Below are positions 8,626-19,102 of a DNA stretch of 64,000 nucleotides, piece by piece. Numbering within the stretch: position 1 is the stretch's first letter; every line of letters starts with the position of its first letter. The position numbers and the translations under genes are program-made. The notes under the pieces are model-generated. The model saw only the letters and a list, made by a program, of their open reading frames with translations. It searched no databases and was not told the origin of the DNA. The stretch is from an uncultured Bacteroidales bacterium (GTDB lineage: Bacteria; Bacteroidota; Bacteroidia; Bacteroidales; CAIWKO01): contig CAIWKO010000067.1 of NCBI GenBank assembly GCA_903913285.1, forward strand, positions 204-64,203, in the 5' to 3' direction.

Positions 8626-9795
8626 TCACTTTATGGATTTTCGTCTTTTTTGCTCCGTAATGATCAATCGAAGTTCGCGTCCGGTCTGCCCGGCAATAGA
8701 AGTATTCTCCTCTGAACGTCGTATCAGATAGGGAAGAACCGATTTTATTGGACCATAAGGCACATATTTACACACATTATAGCCCGCTTTGGCTAAGTTA
8801 TAACTTATATGATCGCTCATGCCAAACAATTGAGCAAACCAGAAATGCGGATCAACGGGAGGAGTTTTGCCCGACTCCATAAGTTCGACCAGCAAAGAGC
8901 AGCTTAATTCGTTATGAGAAGCACAACAAACAGAAATGATAGCAGAATGCTCGAAACAAAACTCCACTGCATTGTTGAAGGAAGTATCGGTTTCGGTTTT
9001 TGTGCCGTATACCGGCGAAGGATATCCCATTTGTTGGGCTCTTTCGCGTTCTTTTTCCAGATAGGCACCCCGAACTAATTTTAAACCAATAAAAAATTTT
9101 TCCTTTTGGGCAATTTCGGTGAGCTCACTCAGATATTTTAATCTGTCGGTACGATATAACTGTATGGTATTAAAAATAATAGCTTTTTCTTGATTGTGTT
9201 TTCGCATCATTTCGAGCAAAAGATCATCTACGGGGGGCTGTATCCAGCTTTCTTCAGCATCGACGAACAACGGTTGTTTTAACGCGGCAGCCTGATCGCA
9301 CAGTGCTACAAAGCGCTGTCGTGCCCGATCATATTCTTTAAGTTCTTCTGCACTCAATTGCTGGCCGGTGGCCAGTTTTAGCAACAGTCCTTTGCGGATT
9401 ATGCCTGAAGGTTTAAATACCGCAAAAGGAATAGCAGGATCTTGCGCTGAATGCTCTATCAAGGTGCTTATTTCAGCAAATACTGCATTCATATCCGCTT
9501 CCGTTTCGCCTCCTTCGGCCGAATAGTCCAGAATGGTCTTGATATGGTATTGATCCAGATCTTTAACGGTCTGTTCGCATTCAAGCATGCTTTCGCCTCC
9601 GCAAAAATGTTCAAAAATATTTTTCTTCACCAAGCGGTTTATCGGAAAATGAATAAAAAGCGCAACTTGTAATGCTATTTTCCCAACCCTGACCCAAAAC
9701 GGATATTTCAACAATTTAAAGAGCCGGTATGCTTTTTGAATATCCTTGTTAGTCTTTGATTCAAATGCAATTAAGGTATTATCAAACGCTATCAT
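8626..9795 (-). CDS. proline dehydrogenase family protein (monofunctional)
   Basis: PRODH-barrel signatures: LKLVRGAYLEKER, ASHNELS, QLFGMSD, YVPYGP...YLIRRSEEN. 389 aa, with no fused P5C dehydrogenase domain. Confidence 0.8.
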   Translation of the reverse strand: MIAFDNTLIAFESKTNKDIQKAYRLFKLLKYPFWVRVGKIALQVALFIHFPINRLVKKNIFEHFCGGESMLECEQTVKDLDQYHIKTILDYSAEGGETEADMNAVFAEISTLIEHSAQDPAIPFAVFKPSGIIRKGLLLKLATGQQLSAEELKEYDRARQRFVALCDQAAALKQPLFVDAEESWIQPPVDDLLLEMMRKHNQEKAIIFNTIQLYRTDRLKYLSELTEIAQKEKFFIGLKLVRGAYLEKERERAQQMGYPSPVYGTKTETDTSFNNAVEFCFEHSAIISVCCASHNELSCSLLVELMESGKTPPVDPHFWFAQLFGMSDHISYNLAKAGYNVCKYVPYGPIKSVLPYLIRRSEENTSIAGQTGRELRLIITEQKRRKSIK

Positions 9796-9917
9796 CCTGT
9801 TTCGAAATTAAGTAATAAAATCATTTTATTTTAGTAAAAATGAATTTTATTTGAAACAAATTTACGAAACTCACGGAAATGTTGTAACTTTATCCAAAAC
9901 ATAAAAACGAGATCCTA

Positions 9918-10976
9918 TTGACAAATCCATCCTCATATCTTTTTGCCGGTTCCGGCAGTAAAGATTTTAAAGAGTATCTGAAGAGCAAAGACCTGACCAA
10001 AAACAAGGTTTTTATTTTGGTAGATTCCAACACTAAAAAGTGTTGCCTAGATAAATTAATATCTGATTTTACCGAATTGCAAAATGCCGACACGGTTTTG
10101 ATTCGAAGCGGAGAACAATATAAAACGCTTGAAACCTGTCAAACCATTTGGAAAAATCTTACGGAGAATTATGCCGAAAGAAGCGATCTGATGATAAATC
10201 TTGGTGGCGGCGTAGTTACAGATATAGGTGGTTTTGCTGCATCGGTTTATAAACGGGGCATTCCTTTCTGCAACGTTCCTACTTCGTTGTTGGGAATGAT
10301 TGATGCTTCTGTTGGCGGAAAAACAGGTGTTGATTTTATGGGTTTAAAAAATACTATTGGCCTTTTCGCTCCTGCCGAAAAAACGTTTATAGATATTGAT
10401 TACTTGCAAACCCTCCCCAGAGAACAATTGAATTCGGGATATTCAGAATTGCTTAAGATTGCTCTGGTTGCTTCAAAACCTTTGTGGGAAGAACTACAAT
10501 CTTTTGAATACAGAGATATTGTTTCAAAACCTGATATTATTTATGCAGCAGTAATGTTGAAAGACACGATTGTGAAACAAGATCCCCGTGAAAAAAATAT
10601 AAGGAAAGTCTTGAACTTCGGGCATACTATTGGGCATGCCATTGAATCATATTCCATCGCACATGGAAAAAATCCTTTATTACACGGCGATGCAGTGGCT
10701 ATCGGAATGATATGCGAAACCTGGATCTCGAATAAAGTATGCGGATTGCCTGAAACGATCATGCAGGAAATTATTGATATGATTATTGCTTCAAGCGGAA
10801 AATATAAATTGAATATTGAAAAAGCCGAGGTATTGCGCATGATCCGCAACGATAAAAAGAATTCCAGTTCGAAAATAAATTTCACGTTATTGAACGGTAT
10901 CGGAGATGCCTGTATTGATCAGCATTTTAGTGAAGAACTGATTTTTGAAGCTCTTAGTTATTATTTTTATCTTTAA
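9918..10976 (+). CDS. aroB: 3-dehydroquinate synthase
   Basis: GGGVVTDIGGFAAS, DASVGGKTGVD, NFGHTIGHAIE. TTG start as tracked; the start codon is uncertain. Confidence 0.88.
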   Translation: MTNPSSYLFAGSGSKDFKEYLKSKDLTKNKVFILVDSNTKKCCLDKLISDFTELQNADTVLIRSGEQYKTLETCQTIWKNLTENYAERSDLMINLGGGVVTDIGGFAASVYKRGIPFCNVPTSLLGMIDASVGGKTGVDFMGLKNTIGLFAPAEKTFIDIDYLQTLPREQLNSGYSELLKIALVASKPLWEELQSFEYRDIVSKPDIIYAAVMLKDTIVKQDPREKNIRKVLNFGHTIGHAIESYSIAHGKNPLLHGDAVAIGMICETWISNKVCGLPETIMQEIIDMIIASSGKYKLNIEKAEVLRMIRNDKKNSSSKINFTLLNGIGDACIDQHFSEELIFEALSYYFYL

Positions 10977-11038
10977 CGACCAAACTTTGAAACAATAACG
11001 ATTCTCTCCATTCTGAAGGAGTCAAATATCTAACGACT

Positions 11039-12316
11039 ATGATGAAACGAGGTGTTCATATTCGCAAAGGTTCAAAACACATTAAAACACGAGTTGATCT
11101 TCCGGCCTCAAAAAGTTTGAGCAACCGCTTGCTAATTATCAAGGCTCTTTGTAAGGATAATTTTATCATTAAAAACCTTTCCGGTTCCGGCGATACCATA
11201 ATGCTCCAAAAATCACTGGAAAATACGGATTCAATTAATTCTATCGATATTAATGATGCAGGAACTGTGTTTCGGTTTCTTACAGCATTTTTTTGCGTTT
11301 TAAAAGGAACCCGAACCTTAAGTGGGAATAAAAGAATGTTAGTACGCCCTATAGCTCCATTAGTTGACACGTTAAATGAATTAGGCGGAAAAATATCCTA
11401 TTCGGGATTTAAAGGATATCCGCCGATATTAATAAATGGAACGACTCTTGAAGGCGGAAAAGCAAGTATTGACGCACATATAAGCAGCCAGTTTGTTTCG
11501 GCATTATTGCTGATCGCTCCCACAATGAAAAAGGGTTTGGAACTTGAATTGAAACGATCTGTTGCTTCCGAACCCTACATCAGAATGACGTTAGATTTAA
11601 TGCGATATTACGGTATTGAATCGGAATGGGACGATAATATTATAAAAATTGTGCCACAGAAATATGAGCCCAAAAACATTACGGTAGAAGCTGATTGGTC
11701 GGCTGCAGCATTTTGGTACGAAATGGCAGCCTTATCAGAACATGCAGAAATTGAATTGATGGGCTTACAGAAAAATTCGATGCAGGGAGATAATGCGATT
11801 GCAGAAATATACGAAAATATCGGAGTTGAAACCACCTATCTTGCTGACTCGATCCTGCTAAGAAAATCAGCACGGACCATTGATTTCCTGGAACTTGATT
11901 TCTTTGCAATTCCTGATGTTTTTCCTTCGTTAGTGGCTTGTTGTGCAGGTTTGAATTTGCCCTTTCGCTTCACGGGATTACAAAACCTCAGCATAAAAGA
12001 ATCGGACAGGGTTGAAGCTATGATATGCGAACTGGGAAAGTTTGGGTACGAATTTGAATACGAAAAACCCGCTGTACTATCATTTAACGGCTTGCACAAA
12101 AAGCCTGTTAAGAAACATATTCTGTGCGAAACACAAAACGACCATCGTATCGCTATGGCGCTGGCTCCATTGAGTTTATTGGATTTTAATTTAAATATAA
12201 CCGATTCGGATTGTGTTAATAAATCGTATCCCGACTTTTTCAACCACCTTAAAAATGCAGGTTTTTCTGTCGAAGATTTCTGGAATAATTGTAATTTTGA
12301 TTTGAACTTAACATAA
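11039..12316 (+). CDS. aroA: 3-phosphoshikimate 1-carboxyvinyltransferase (EPSP synthase)
   Basis: LPASKSLSNRLLII, ESDR, NDHRIAMALA motifs. 425 aa. Confidence 0.9.
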   Translation: MMKRGVHIRKGSKHIKTRVDLPASKSLSNRLLIIKALCKDNFIIKNLSGSGDTIMLQKSLENTDSINSIDINDAGTVFRFLTAFFCVLKGTRTLSGNKRMLVRPIAPLVDTLNELGGKISYSGFKGYPPILINGTTLEGGKASIDAHISSQFVSALLLIAPTMKKGLELELKRSVASEPYIRMTLDLMRYYGIESEWDDNIIKIVPQKYEPKNITVEADWSAAAFWYEMAALSEHAEIELMGLQKNSMQGDNAIAEIYENIGVETTYLADSILLRKSARTIDFLELDFFAIPDVFPSLVACCAGLNLPFRFTGLQNLSIKESDRVEAMICELGKFGYEFEYEKPAVLSFNGLHKKPVKKHILCETQNDHRIAMALAPLSLLDFNLNITDSDCVNKSYPDFFNHLKNAGFSVEDFWNNCNFDLNLT

Positions 12317-12320
12317 AACT

Positions 12321-13085
12321 ATGGATATCTACAACCAAATTTCCGAACTTCAACAATCCAATAAAGAATGTGTTTTATGCATTATCACCGATACTAAAGG
12401 CTCTGCTCCTCGAAAAGCCGGCTCGAAAATGATCGTTTTTCCCGACAGGAAGATCATCGGAACCATTGGTGGCGGAAGTATAGAATTTCAGGCAATTACT
12501 GAAGCGATAGAAATTTTAAAAACAGGAACTCCCATAAAGAAGATTTATAAACTGGAAGAAGACCTGGGAATGCATTGCGGTGGTACCGTAGAAGTGTATT
12601 TCGAACCCATAAAAAGTTCTTCCGAATTGTATATTTTCGGTGCAGGCCATATCGGAAGAGTACTTGCTAAATACGCCCGGGATTTTGGTTTTAGGATCAC
12701 TTTGTTCGACGAACGGGAAGGCATATTTGATGAATTCGATACATCAGGCTGTAAAACGATCTGCGAAAATTATGAAACTGCAATCGGAAAGATAGTTTTT
12801 ACAGAAAACACCTACAGCGTAATTGTGACTCCAAAACACGAATACGATGAAAAGATCGTTGGCATTTGCGCTAAAAAGCCTTTTGCTTATTTGGGAATGA
12901 TCGGAAGTAAACGGAAAGTTGCAGAAGTGAAAACCAGATTGCTCGCAAATAATATTTTAGACCAACAGGAAATCGATCGTATCGATATGCCGATCGGAAT
13001 AAAATTCAATGCCGAAACACCCGAAGAAATAGCAATAAGCATACTTGCAAAGCTGATCGATGTTAAAAACAGTTTAAATTCATAG
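12321..13085 (+). CDS. xdhC: XdhC/CoxI-family molybdenum cofactor insertion chaperone
   Basis: N-terminal XdhC/CoxI region (TDTKGSAPRKAGSKM..GTIGGG) plus a Rossmann-like LYIFGAGHIGRVLA. Directly precedes xdhA-xdhB. Confidence 0.8.
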   Translation: MDIYNQISELQQSNKECVLCIITDTKGSAPRKAGSKMIVFPDRKIIGTIGGGSIEFQAITEAIEILKTGTPIKKIYKLEEDLGMHCGGTVEVYFEPIKSSSELYIFGAGHIGRVLAKYARDFGFRITLFDEREGIFDEFDTSGCKTICENYETAIGKIVFTENTYSVIVTPKHEYDEKIVGICAKKPFAYLGMIGSKRKVAEVKTRLLANNILDQQEIDRIDMPIGIKFNAETPEEIAISILAKLIDVKNSLNS

Positions 13086-13088
13086 AGC

Positions 13089-14528
13089 ATGAATGTTGTT
13101 CAATTCATATTGGATGATAAGATACAAACTATCAACTTCGATAATCCAGAGTACACGCCTACTACGACCGTATTAAAATATTTGCGGTCGTTGCGGCAAC
13201 ATAAAGGTGTAAAAGAAGGTTGCGGCGAAGGCGATTGCGGAGCGTGTACGGTGGTGATTGCCGAATTGGCAGAGGACAAACTTTATTATCGCGCTGTCGA
13301 CAGTTGCCTGATCTTTTTGCCTATGCTTCATGGCAAACAACTTATAACGGTTGAGAATCTTGCGGGCGCATCGGGCGAATTGCATCCCGTTCAAAAAGCA
13401 ATGGTCGATGCGTATGCTTCTCAGTGCGGATATTGCACTCCCGGATTTGTGATGTCGTTGTTTGCACTCTATAAAAGTCGGGTAGAGGCAACTAAAGAAA
13501 TTATTCTCGATGCAATTACCGGCAATCTTTGCCGTTGTACAGGCTATCAGCCCATCATTGTTGCTGCCGCAAAAGCCATGAAAGCTCGCAAGAACGATAT
13601 CTTCGACAAAAAGGAAGCACAAACAATAGCCCTGCTTCAACAAATTGAAAGGTCGAAAACGATTGGCATTATCACATCAGTACAACAGTATTTTAAACCC
13701 TTTACACTGAGCGACACTTTAAAGTTAAGATCAGCCCATCCAAAGGCTGAAATAATCTCCGGCAATACAGATACGGGATTGAGGGTTACCAAAAGGCATG
13801 AACTTTTACCTGCTATCATCGATATTTCGGATGTAAATGACCTAAAGTTTATTAAGATCACACCCGAATTCATGTCAGTTGGCTCCGGTGTATCGATGGA
13901 AATACTGAAAGAAAATTCAAAAGAAATATTTCCGGCACTTTATGATATACTCCGTCTTTTCGGGTCAAAACAAATCAGAAGTATCGCCACACTGGGCGGT
14001 AACCTCGGTTCAGCTTCGCCTATCGGCGACAGCTTGCCGGTTTTAATTGCCTGTAAAGCATCTGTGGTGGTTGAAAATAAAAACGGAACCCGAAGAATTG
14101 ATTTGACCGATTTTATCAGATCATACCGGACAACGGATCTGAAAGCAGATGAGATTATTTATTCGGTTGAGATACCAATTCCCGATCCGGATACAATTAT
14201 TCGTTCGTATAAGATATCGAAACGTAGAGACCTCGACATTTCGACATGCAGCGCAGGTTTCCGCCTCGAATTAAATAAGAAGAGCCATATCGTTAAGAAT
14301 ATCATTCTGGCATACGGCGGAATGGCAGCAACAACCAAATGCGCATTGACCGCCGAAAAATTCCTGAAAGGTAAAGTATGGAATAAAACCAATGCGGATA
14401 AGGCATCCGATATCGTATTCAACGAATTTACACCTTTATCGGACGCACGTTCAGGCGAAGAATTTCGCAGATTGGCAGCCCGTAACCTTTTATTGAAATT
14501 TTATGAAGAAACAGCAAGCCAACAATAA
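13089..14528 (+). CDS. xdhA: xanthine dehydrogenase small subunit (2Fe-2S + FAD)
   Basis: Two 2Fe-2S motifs (CGEGDCGACTV; CGYCTPGF...NLCRCTGY) followed by an FAD-binding domain (ISGNTDTGL, ATLGGNLGSASPIGD). Confidence 0.85.
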   Translation: MNVVQFILDDKIQTINFDNPEYTPTTTVLKYLRSLRQHKGVKEGCGEGDCGACTVVIAELAEDKLYYRAVDSCLIFLPMLHGKQLITVENLAGASGELHPVQKAMVDAYASQCGYCTPGFVMSLFALYKSRVEATKEIILDAITGNLCRCTGYQPIIVAAAKAMKARKNDIFDKKEAQTIALLQQIERSKTIGIITSVQQYFKPFTLSDTLKLRSAHPKAEIISGNTDTGLRVTKRHELLPAIIDISDVNDLKFIKITPEFMSVGSGVSMEILKENSKEIFPALYDILRLFGSKQIRSIATLGGNLGSASPIGDSLPVLIACKASVVVENKNGTRRIDLTDFIRSYRTTDLKADEIIYSVEIPIPDPDTIIRSYKISKRRDLDISTCSAGFRLELNKKSHIVKNIILAYGGMAATTKCALTAEKFLKGKVWNKTNADKASDIVFNEFTPLSDARSGEEFRRLAARNLLLKFYEETASQQ

Positions 14529-16857
14529 AAGTAAACATAAGGAAGTGTTGTTTCACGAGAGCGCTGAAAAACATGTTACAGGGAAAGCTGTTTATGTGAA
14601 CGATATGAATGTAAGCAGTCAGACACTTTTTGGAAAGGTTGTATACAGTTCCATGCCTCACGCCGCGATTATTAAATGCGATATTAGCAAAGCCAAACAA
14701 CTCAAAGGGGTTCACGCGGTTCTCACTTGTGAAGATATTCCCGGAGAAAATCAAATGGGACCTGTGTTTCATGATGAACCTTGTCTGGCTTCCGATAGAG
14801 TTACTTGTATTGGTCAGGCTATTGTGCTTATAGCTGCCGACAACGAAGAGATTGCCCGGGAAGCGGAGAAACTGATCAGCATTACATACAAGCCGCTTGA
14901 AGCTATCCTTGATATTGAAACCGCGATGGCCCACGACAGCAAGCTTTCCCCAACACGCAAGATCGAACGCGGCAAAACGGAAAGATCATTTCGGAAAGCA
15001 GCTCACATTATAACAGGCGAATTAAGATCGGGCGCTCAGGAACATTGGTATCTGGAAACGCAATCGGCTTTGTGCGTGCCCGGCGAAGACAATGAACTGA
15101 CAGTATTCGCATCAAGCCAAAACCCGGCGGAAACGCAAGCCATTGTTGCGGAAGTATTAGGCGTTTCAAGAAATAATGTGGTGTGCGAGGTAAAACGCAT
15201 GGGCGGCGCTTTCGGAGGTAAGGAAACGCAGGGCAATCATGTGGCAGCATGGGCAGCATTGCTGGCAAATGCATGTAAACGCCCCGTGCTTATTCATTTG
15301 TTTCGCGACGACGACCAGAAGATAACCGGGAAACGGCATCCCTTTCTTTCACATTATAAGATCGGGTTCGACGATGACGGATATATTTCGGCCTACAGCG
15401 TTGATCTGAATGCCGATGCCGGACATGCCGCCGACCTAAGCATGGCAATACTCGAAAGGGCGATGCTGCACGCCGAAAATGCGTATTTTATCCCCAACGT
15501 ACTGATTACGGCCACGGCTTGGCGCACCAATCATTTTTCGAATACAGCCTTCAGGGGGTTTGGCGGCCCGCAGGGGATGGCGGTTATCGAACATGCCATC
15601 GACCGGATTGCCCGTTATCTGAAAAAAGATGCTGCAGCGATCCGTTACATAAATTTCTATAAATTTCCTTATTATATTGCTACTCCTTACGGTCAGAGAC
15701 TTGATGACATACAACTGCAAACCATCACCGACAAAATTATCACGACAAGTGATTATATAAAACGGAAAAAAGCCATCGATGTTTTTAACCATAATAGTTC
15801 TTTTATTAAAAGAGGATTAGCATTCACACCCGTCAAGTTCGGGATCTCCTTTACCACTGCTTTTTTAAATCAGGCAGGGGCGCTGGTGAATATCTATCAC
15901 GACGGAACTGTGCTGGTGAATCATGGCGGGACCGAAATGGGACAAGGTTTGAACACAAAAATGCTGCAAATTGCTGCTGCAGAATTGGGTATTTCGGCAA
16001 AGAATATCACGGTGAACGCCACCAACACATCCAAAGTGCCCAACACATCTGCAACTGCTGCATCCAGCGGCACCGACCTCAACGGTATGGCGTTGAAGAA
16101 CGCTGTCGATAAACTAAAAGAACGATTGACACCGCTTGCAGCAGAACTGTTGCAGGAAAAATTTGGCAACGCTAAAGCCGGCACCAAACAGATTAGCTTC
16201 AAAGGTAATACCGTGTTCGATAAACGTTTTCAGCAAAACACGATTCCGTTCAGCGAATTGATAGCTCAGGCTTACCTAAACCAGATCAGCCTCAGCGCAA
16301 CAGGATTCTACAAAACGCCCGACATATTTTTCGACCGGGCCACGGGTATCGGCAAACCCTTTCATTATTTTGCTTACGGAACGTCGGTTTCCGAAGTTGA
16401 AATCGATACGTTAACCGGTGCACATAAAATTATTAGGGTAGATATTCTGCACGATGTGGGCCGCAGTTTGAACGAAAAAATTGACCTCGGGCAAATTTGC
16501 GGTGGTTTTGTTCAGGGCGTGGGCTGGCTGACCACCGAAGAGATCAAATGGGATGCGAAAGGAAATCTGTTAACGTATTCACCCGACACCTATAAAATTC
16601 CTACCGCGCAGGATATTCCCGAGATATTCAATATAAACCTGCTTCGCAATTCATACAACTATAACACCATACGCGGTAGCAAAGCCGTTGGCGAACCACC
16701 GCTGATGCTCGCTTTTTCAGTCTGGATGGCAATTCGCTACGCGGTTTCGGCTATGGCTGATCACCGGTTCGATCCCGATGTGGATATTCCGGCCACCAAC
16801 GAAACTATTTTGCTTGCCATAGAAAAGTTAAAGCTTCTGCAAAAGAAAGTTCAGTAA
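14503..16857 (+). CDS. xdhB: xanthine dehydrogenase molybdopterin-binding subunit
   Basis: RMGGAFGGKE, FRGFGGPQG, GGTEMGQGLNTK, SKAVGEPP motifs. 784 aa. The tracked start overlaps xdhA by 26 nt. Confidence 0.9.
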   Translation: MKKQQANNKSKHKEVLFHESAEKHVTGKAVYVNDMNVSSQTLFGKVVYSSMPHAAIIKCDISKAKQLKGVHAVLTCEDIPGENQMGPVFHDEPCLASDRVTCIGQAIVLIAADNEEIAREAEKLISITYKPLEAILDIETAMAHDSKLSPTRKIERGKTERSFRKAAHIITGELRSGAQEHWYLETQSALCVPGEDNELTVFASSQNPAETQAIVAEVLGVSRNNVVCEVKRMGGAFGGKETQGNHVAAWAALLANACKRPVLIHLFRDDDQKITGKRHPFLSHYKIGFDDDGYISAYSVDLNADAGHAADLSMAILERAMLHAENAYFIPNVLITATAWRTNHFSNTAFRGFGGPQGMAVIEHAIDRIARYLKKDAAAIRYINFYKFPYYIATPYGQRLDDIQLQTITDKIITTSDYIKRKKAIDVFNHNSSFIKRGLAFTPVKFGISFTTAFLNQAGALVNIYHDGTVLVNHGGTEMGQGLNTKMLQIAAAELGISAKNITVNATNTSKVPNTSATAASSGTDLNGMALKNAVDKLKERLTPLAAELLQEKFGNAKAGTKQISFKGNTVFDKRFQQNTIPFSELIAQAYLNQISLSATGFYKTPDIFFDRATGIGKPFHYFAYGTSVSEVEIDTLTGAHKIIRVDILHDVGRSLNEKIDLGQICGGFVQGVGWLTTEEIKWDAKGNLLTYSPDTYKIPTAQDIPEIFNINLLRNSYNYNTIRGSKAVGEPPLMLAFSVWMAIRYAVSAMADHRFDPDVDIPATNETILLAIEKLKLLQKKVQ

Positions 16858-16863
16858 GCTGTT

Positions 16864-17376
16864 TCAGAACACATACGTTATGCCGCCTCTCACCGTGGGG
16901 TTGGCTTTGGGCGAACTTTGGTTGAGGTCGATATCGAGCAAAGCATCGTAAAGAACCATGCCTTTAAACCACACACCTTTCGTGATCTCATACTCGTATC
17001 CCACACCGATAGGTGCACCCATGGTCCAGTTGCGGAGAACTATGCCCGAAGTGCTGATGTAGCCCGAGTTCAGCATGTCGAATTCGGCATGAACCAGTAT
17101 ACCTTTCCACACATCGTATTCGCCAAAAACTCTGCCGCCATAAGAAATGTTGCCGTTGAGGCTTCCGGTGGTGGCAGTGTAATTCACTACGGGCGATAAC
17201 CCCGCGCTGAATTTGTGAAATTTATAGCCGATAATGGGAGCGAGATCAATGTTGATGCCACCGATGAAAGTAGCACTGGTTTCGCCGCCGATGATAAGCT
17301 GGGCGGAGGCGCGTGAGGTAATGGCAAAGCCAATGATTATCAGGGATAATCGGATGAGCTTCAAACAGGTTTTCAT
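16864..17376 (-). CDS. small outer-membrane beta-barrel protein
   Basis: Signal peptide (ITSRASA/QL), alternating Gly/aromatic beta-strand pattern, C-terminal ...GGITYVF with terminal Phe. 170 aa. Confidence 0.6.
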   Translation of the reverse strand: MKTCLKLIRLSLIIIGFAITSRASAQLIIGGETSATFIGGINIDLAPIIGYKFHKFSAGLSPVVNYTATTGSLNGNISYGGRVFGEYDVWKGILVHAEFDMLNSGYISTSGIVLRNWTMGAPIGVGYEYEITKGVWFKGMVLYDALLDIDLNQSSPKANPTVRGGITYVF

Positions 17377-17441
17377 AAAGTTGGGTAAGAGATTAATAAT
17401 AGATTAATAGTTTTTGAAGCAGATCGTCAGTTAATAGTATT

Positions 17442-18509
17442 TTAATACTGTGTCAGCTTTTGAACTTCAGTGAAATCGTCTGTTTCAACACGTATCAGGT
17501 AAATGCCTGCTTTGTTCATTTGGGTGAAATCGTTCAGCGAAATTTGTTGCTGGCCGGCATCACCAAAACTTTTTTCAGTTGCAAACACCTGTTTGCCTGA
17601 AATGTCGCAGATCGTTACGTTAACCTTGCCCGAATGCAAAAGATTTATCGATATTTTTGAATCGGCGCTCAACGGATTGGGTGCTATGCTGAAATTGTGA
17701 GTTTTGTTTTCATCAATACCCGTAATCATATAGCTTTTCATGCTCTGTGCTTTCAGAAATATGCCCGAATCGAACATACCGTCAGCAACATCGGCTATAG
17801 CCATTTTCAGATGATAGGGGGTCGAGGGAATAACCGATGCATGAGCTATCAATACAGTGGTAAAACCATCAAACACTATGCTGGTTCCTCCCAAAGCCTG
17901 ATTATCCACAAAATAAGTAGAATTAGTGGCGGAATTCACATTATTGATGCAAACCGTTGCGCCCGATACTGGGATGAGTGCAATGTTTTCGTTGGCATAA
18001 TTTCCCCCTGTGGGGTTGGGACCGCTAATAAAGAACCCGAAAATATCATTAAACCCTGAACCAACAAACTCAGGATATTCTTCTGAGGCAAACACATATT
18101 GAAATTCGAGTACATTGCCAACCGGAACCAGATCGAATTCCAATACCGAAGCATCAAAGGTTGGGGCAATACTGATCAACGATGTAAGCAAAGGATCGCC
18201 TGCCGTATTATTATAGGTGTTTGCAAATTTACCGACAGAATCGCTAATGGCAGGAGTGCCGTTTATAACTCCTGTGGTGAGTATAATACCATCATTCAGA
18301 CCGAGGTTGGTTGTATTGCCACCCGTGAATGTGCCTACGGCATTGCTGTCGCCCGTAAAAGTGACATTGCTGGCCGTAACGCCTGTCAGAATAAAATCGT
18401 TAACCATCTGGGTGAGGCTTATGGGCGATGATGTAACAAGTTGAGCTTTTGCTGTAAACAGGCAAACGCTGAAAAGGATCAGAAAAAGGATAGATTTTTT
18501 CGTTTTCAT
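17442..18509 (-). CDS. choice-of-anchor-L-like domain protein with T9SS C-terminal sorting domain
   Basis: LNDGIILTTGV, DASVLEFDLVP, FQYVFASEEYPEFVGSGFNDIFGFFISG, VFDGFTTVL. C-terminal FSIAPNPL...AGIYLIRVET...KLTQY. Confidence 0.75.
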   Translation of the reverse strand: MKTKKSILFLILFSVCLFTAKAQLVTSSPISLTQMVNDFILTGVTASNVTFTGDSNAVGTFTGGNTTNLGLNDGIILTTGVINGTPAISDSVGKFANTYNNTAGDPLLTSLISIAPTFDASVLEFDLVPVGNVLEFQYVFASEEYPEFVGSGFNDIFGFFISGPNPTGGNYANENIALIPVSGATVCINNVNSATNSTYFVDNQALGGTSIVFDGFTTVLIAHASVIPSTPYHLKMAIADVADGMFDSGIFLKAQSMKSYMITGIDENKTHNFSIAPNPLSADSKISINLLHSGKVNVTICDISGKQVFATEKSFGDAGQQQISLNDFTQMNKAGIYLIRVETDDFTEVQKLTQY

Positions 18510-18694
18510 AATTTGGGGTTTGATAAATTAATGTGCTAATTTACAAATTTTAAATTAATTGTTGACATTATCGATAAAATTATTTCAAAACTTAGGTCTT
18601 GAAATATTTGTCTGTTAATGATGATTAATGGATAACTAAACTTTCTGAACTTCTAAATCTCTGAAATAGAGTTCACAAAAATGAGATAATATTT

Positions 18695-19008
18695 AAAAAG
18701 TATAAGGGAAGTCTAAAAAACGATAAGGGAAGTCCAAAAAACGATAAGGGAAGTCCAAAAAACGATAAGGGAAGTCCAAAAAACGATAAGGGAAGTCTAA
18801 AAAACGATAAGGGAAGTCCAAAAAACGATAAGGGAAGTCCAAAAAACGATAAGGGAAATCAAAAAAACGATATTGGAAGTCCAAAAAACGATATTGGAAG
18901 TCCAAAAAACGATAAAGGATGTTCAAAAAATGATAAAGGTTGCTCAAAAAACGATATAGGTTATCCAAAAAACGATAATCACCGTTCTCAAAACGGAAAG
19001 GGATGTTT
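18695..19008. repeat. 21-bp tandem repeat array A (about 14-15 units, consensus AAAAAACGATAAGGGAAGTCC)
   Basis: Exact 21-nt phasing from 18715 onward. Seven near-identical central units, with progressively degenerate units toward 19008. An A6 tract recurs every 21 bp. Confidence 0.92.
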
Positions 19009-19102
19009 AAAAGAAACTCAAATCAACTCAAAATCAATAATTAATAGATTTCGGGCCTTATCTTATTATATGAGAACGTGGTTTTGATTTGACATATCAG
19101 AG

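Noticed and set aside
18693-18968. ORFs inside the 21-bp arrays encoding perfect heptad repeats (FLDFPYR here; VMEHMRK at 24654-24860; CVNSLFA/SRHSLFE at 24905-25123; CEPFPWS at 52065-52358; seven overlapping ORFs at 34732-35435)
   Set aside because: The arrays are open in several frames and on both strands simply because the units lack stop triplets. The ORFs have no signal peptides, plausible starts or promoter boxes, and the overlapping alternatives are mutually exclusive. I treat them as non-coding tandem repeats, although translation was not experimentally excluded.
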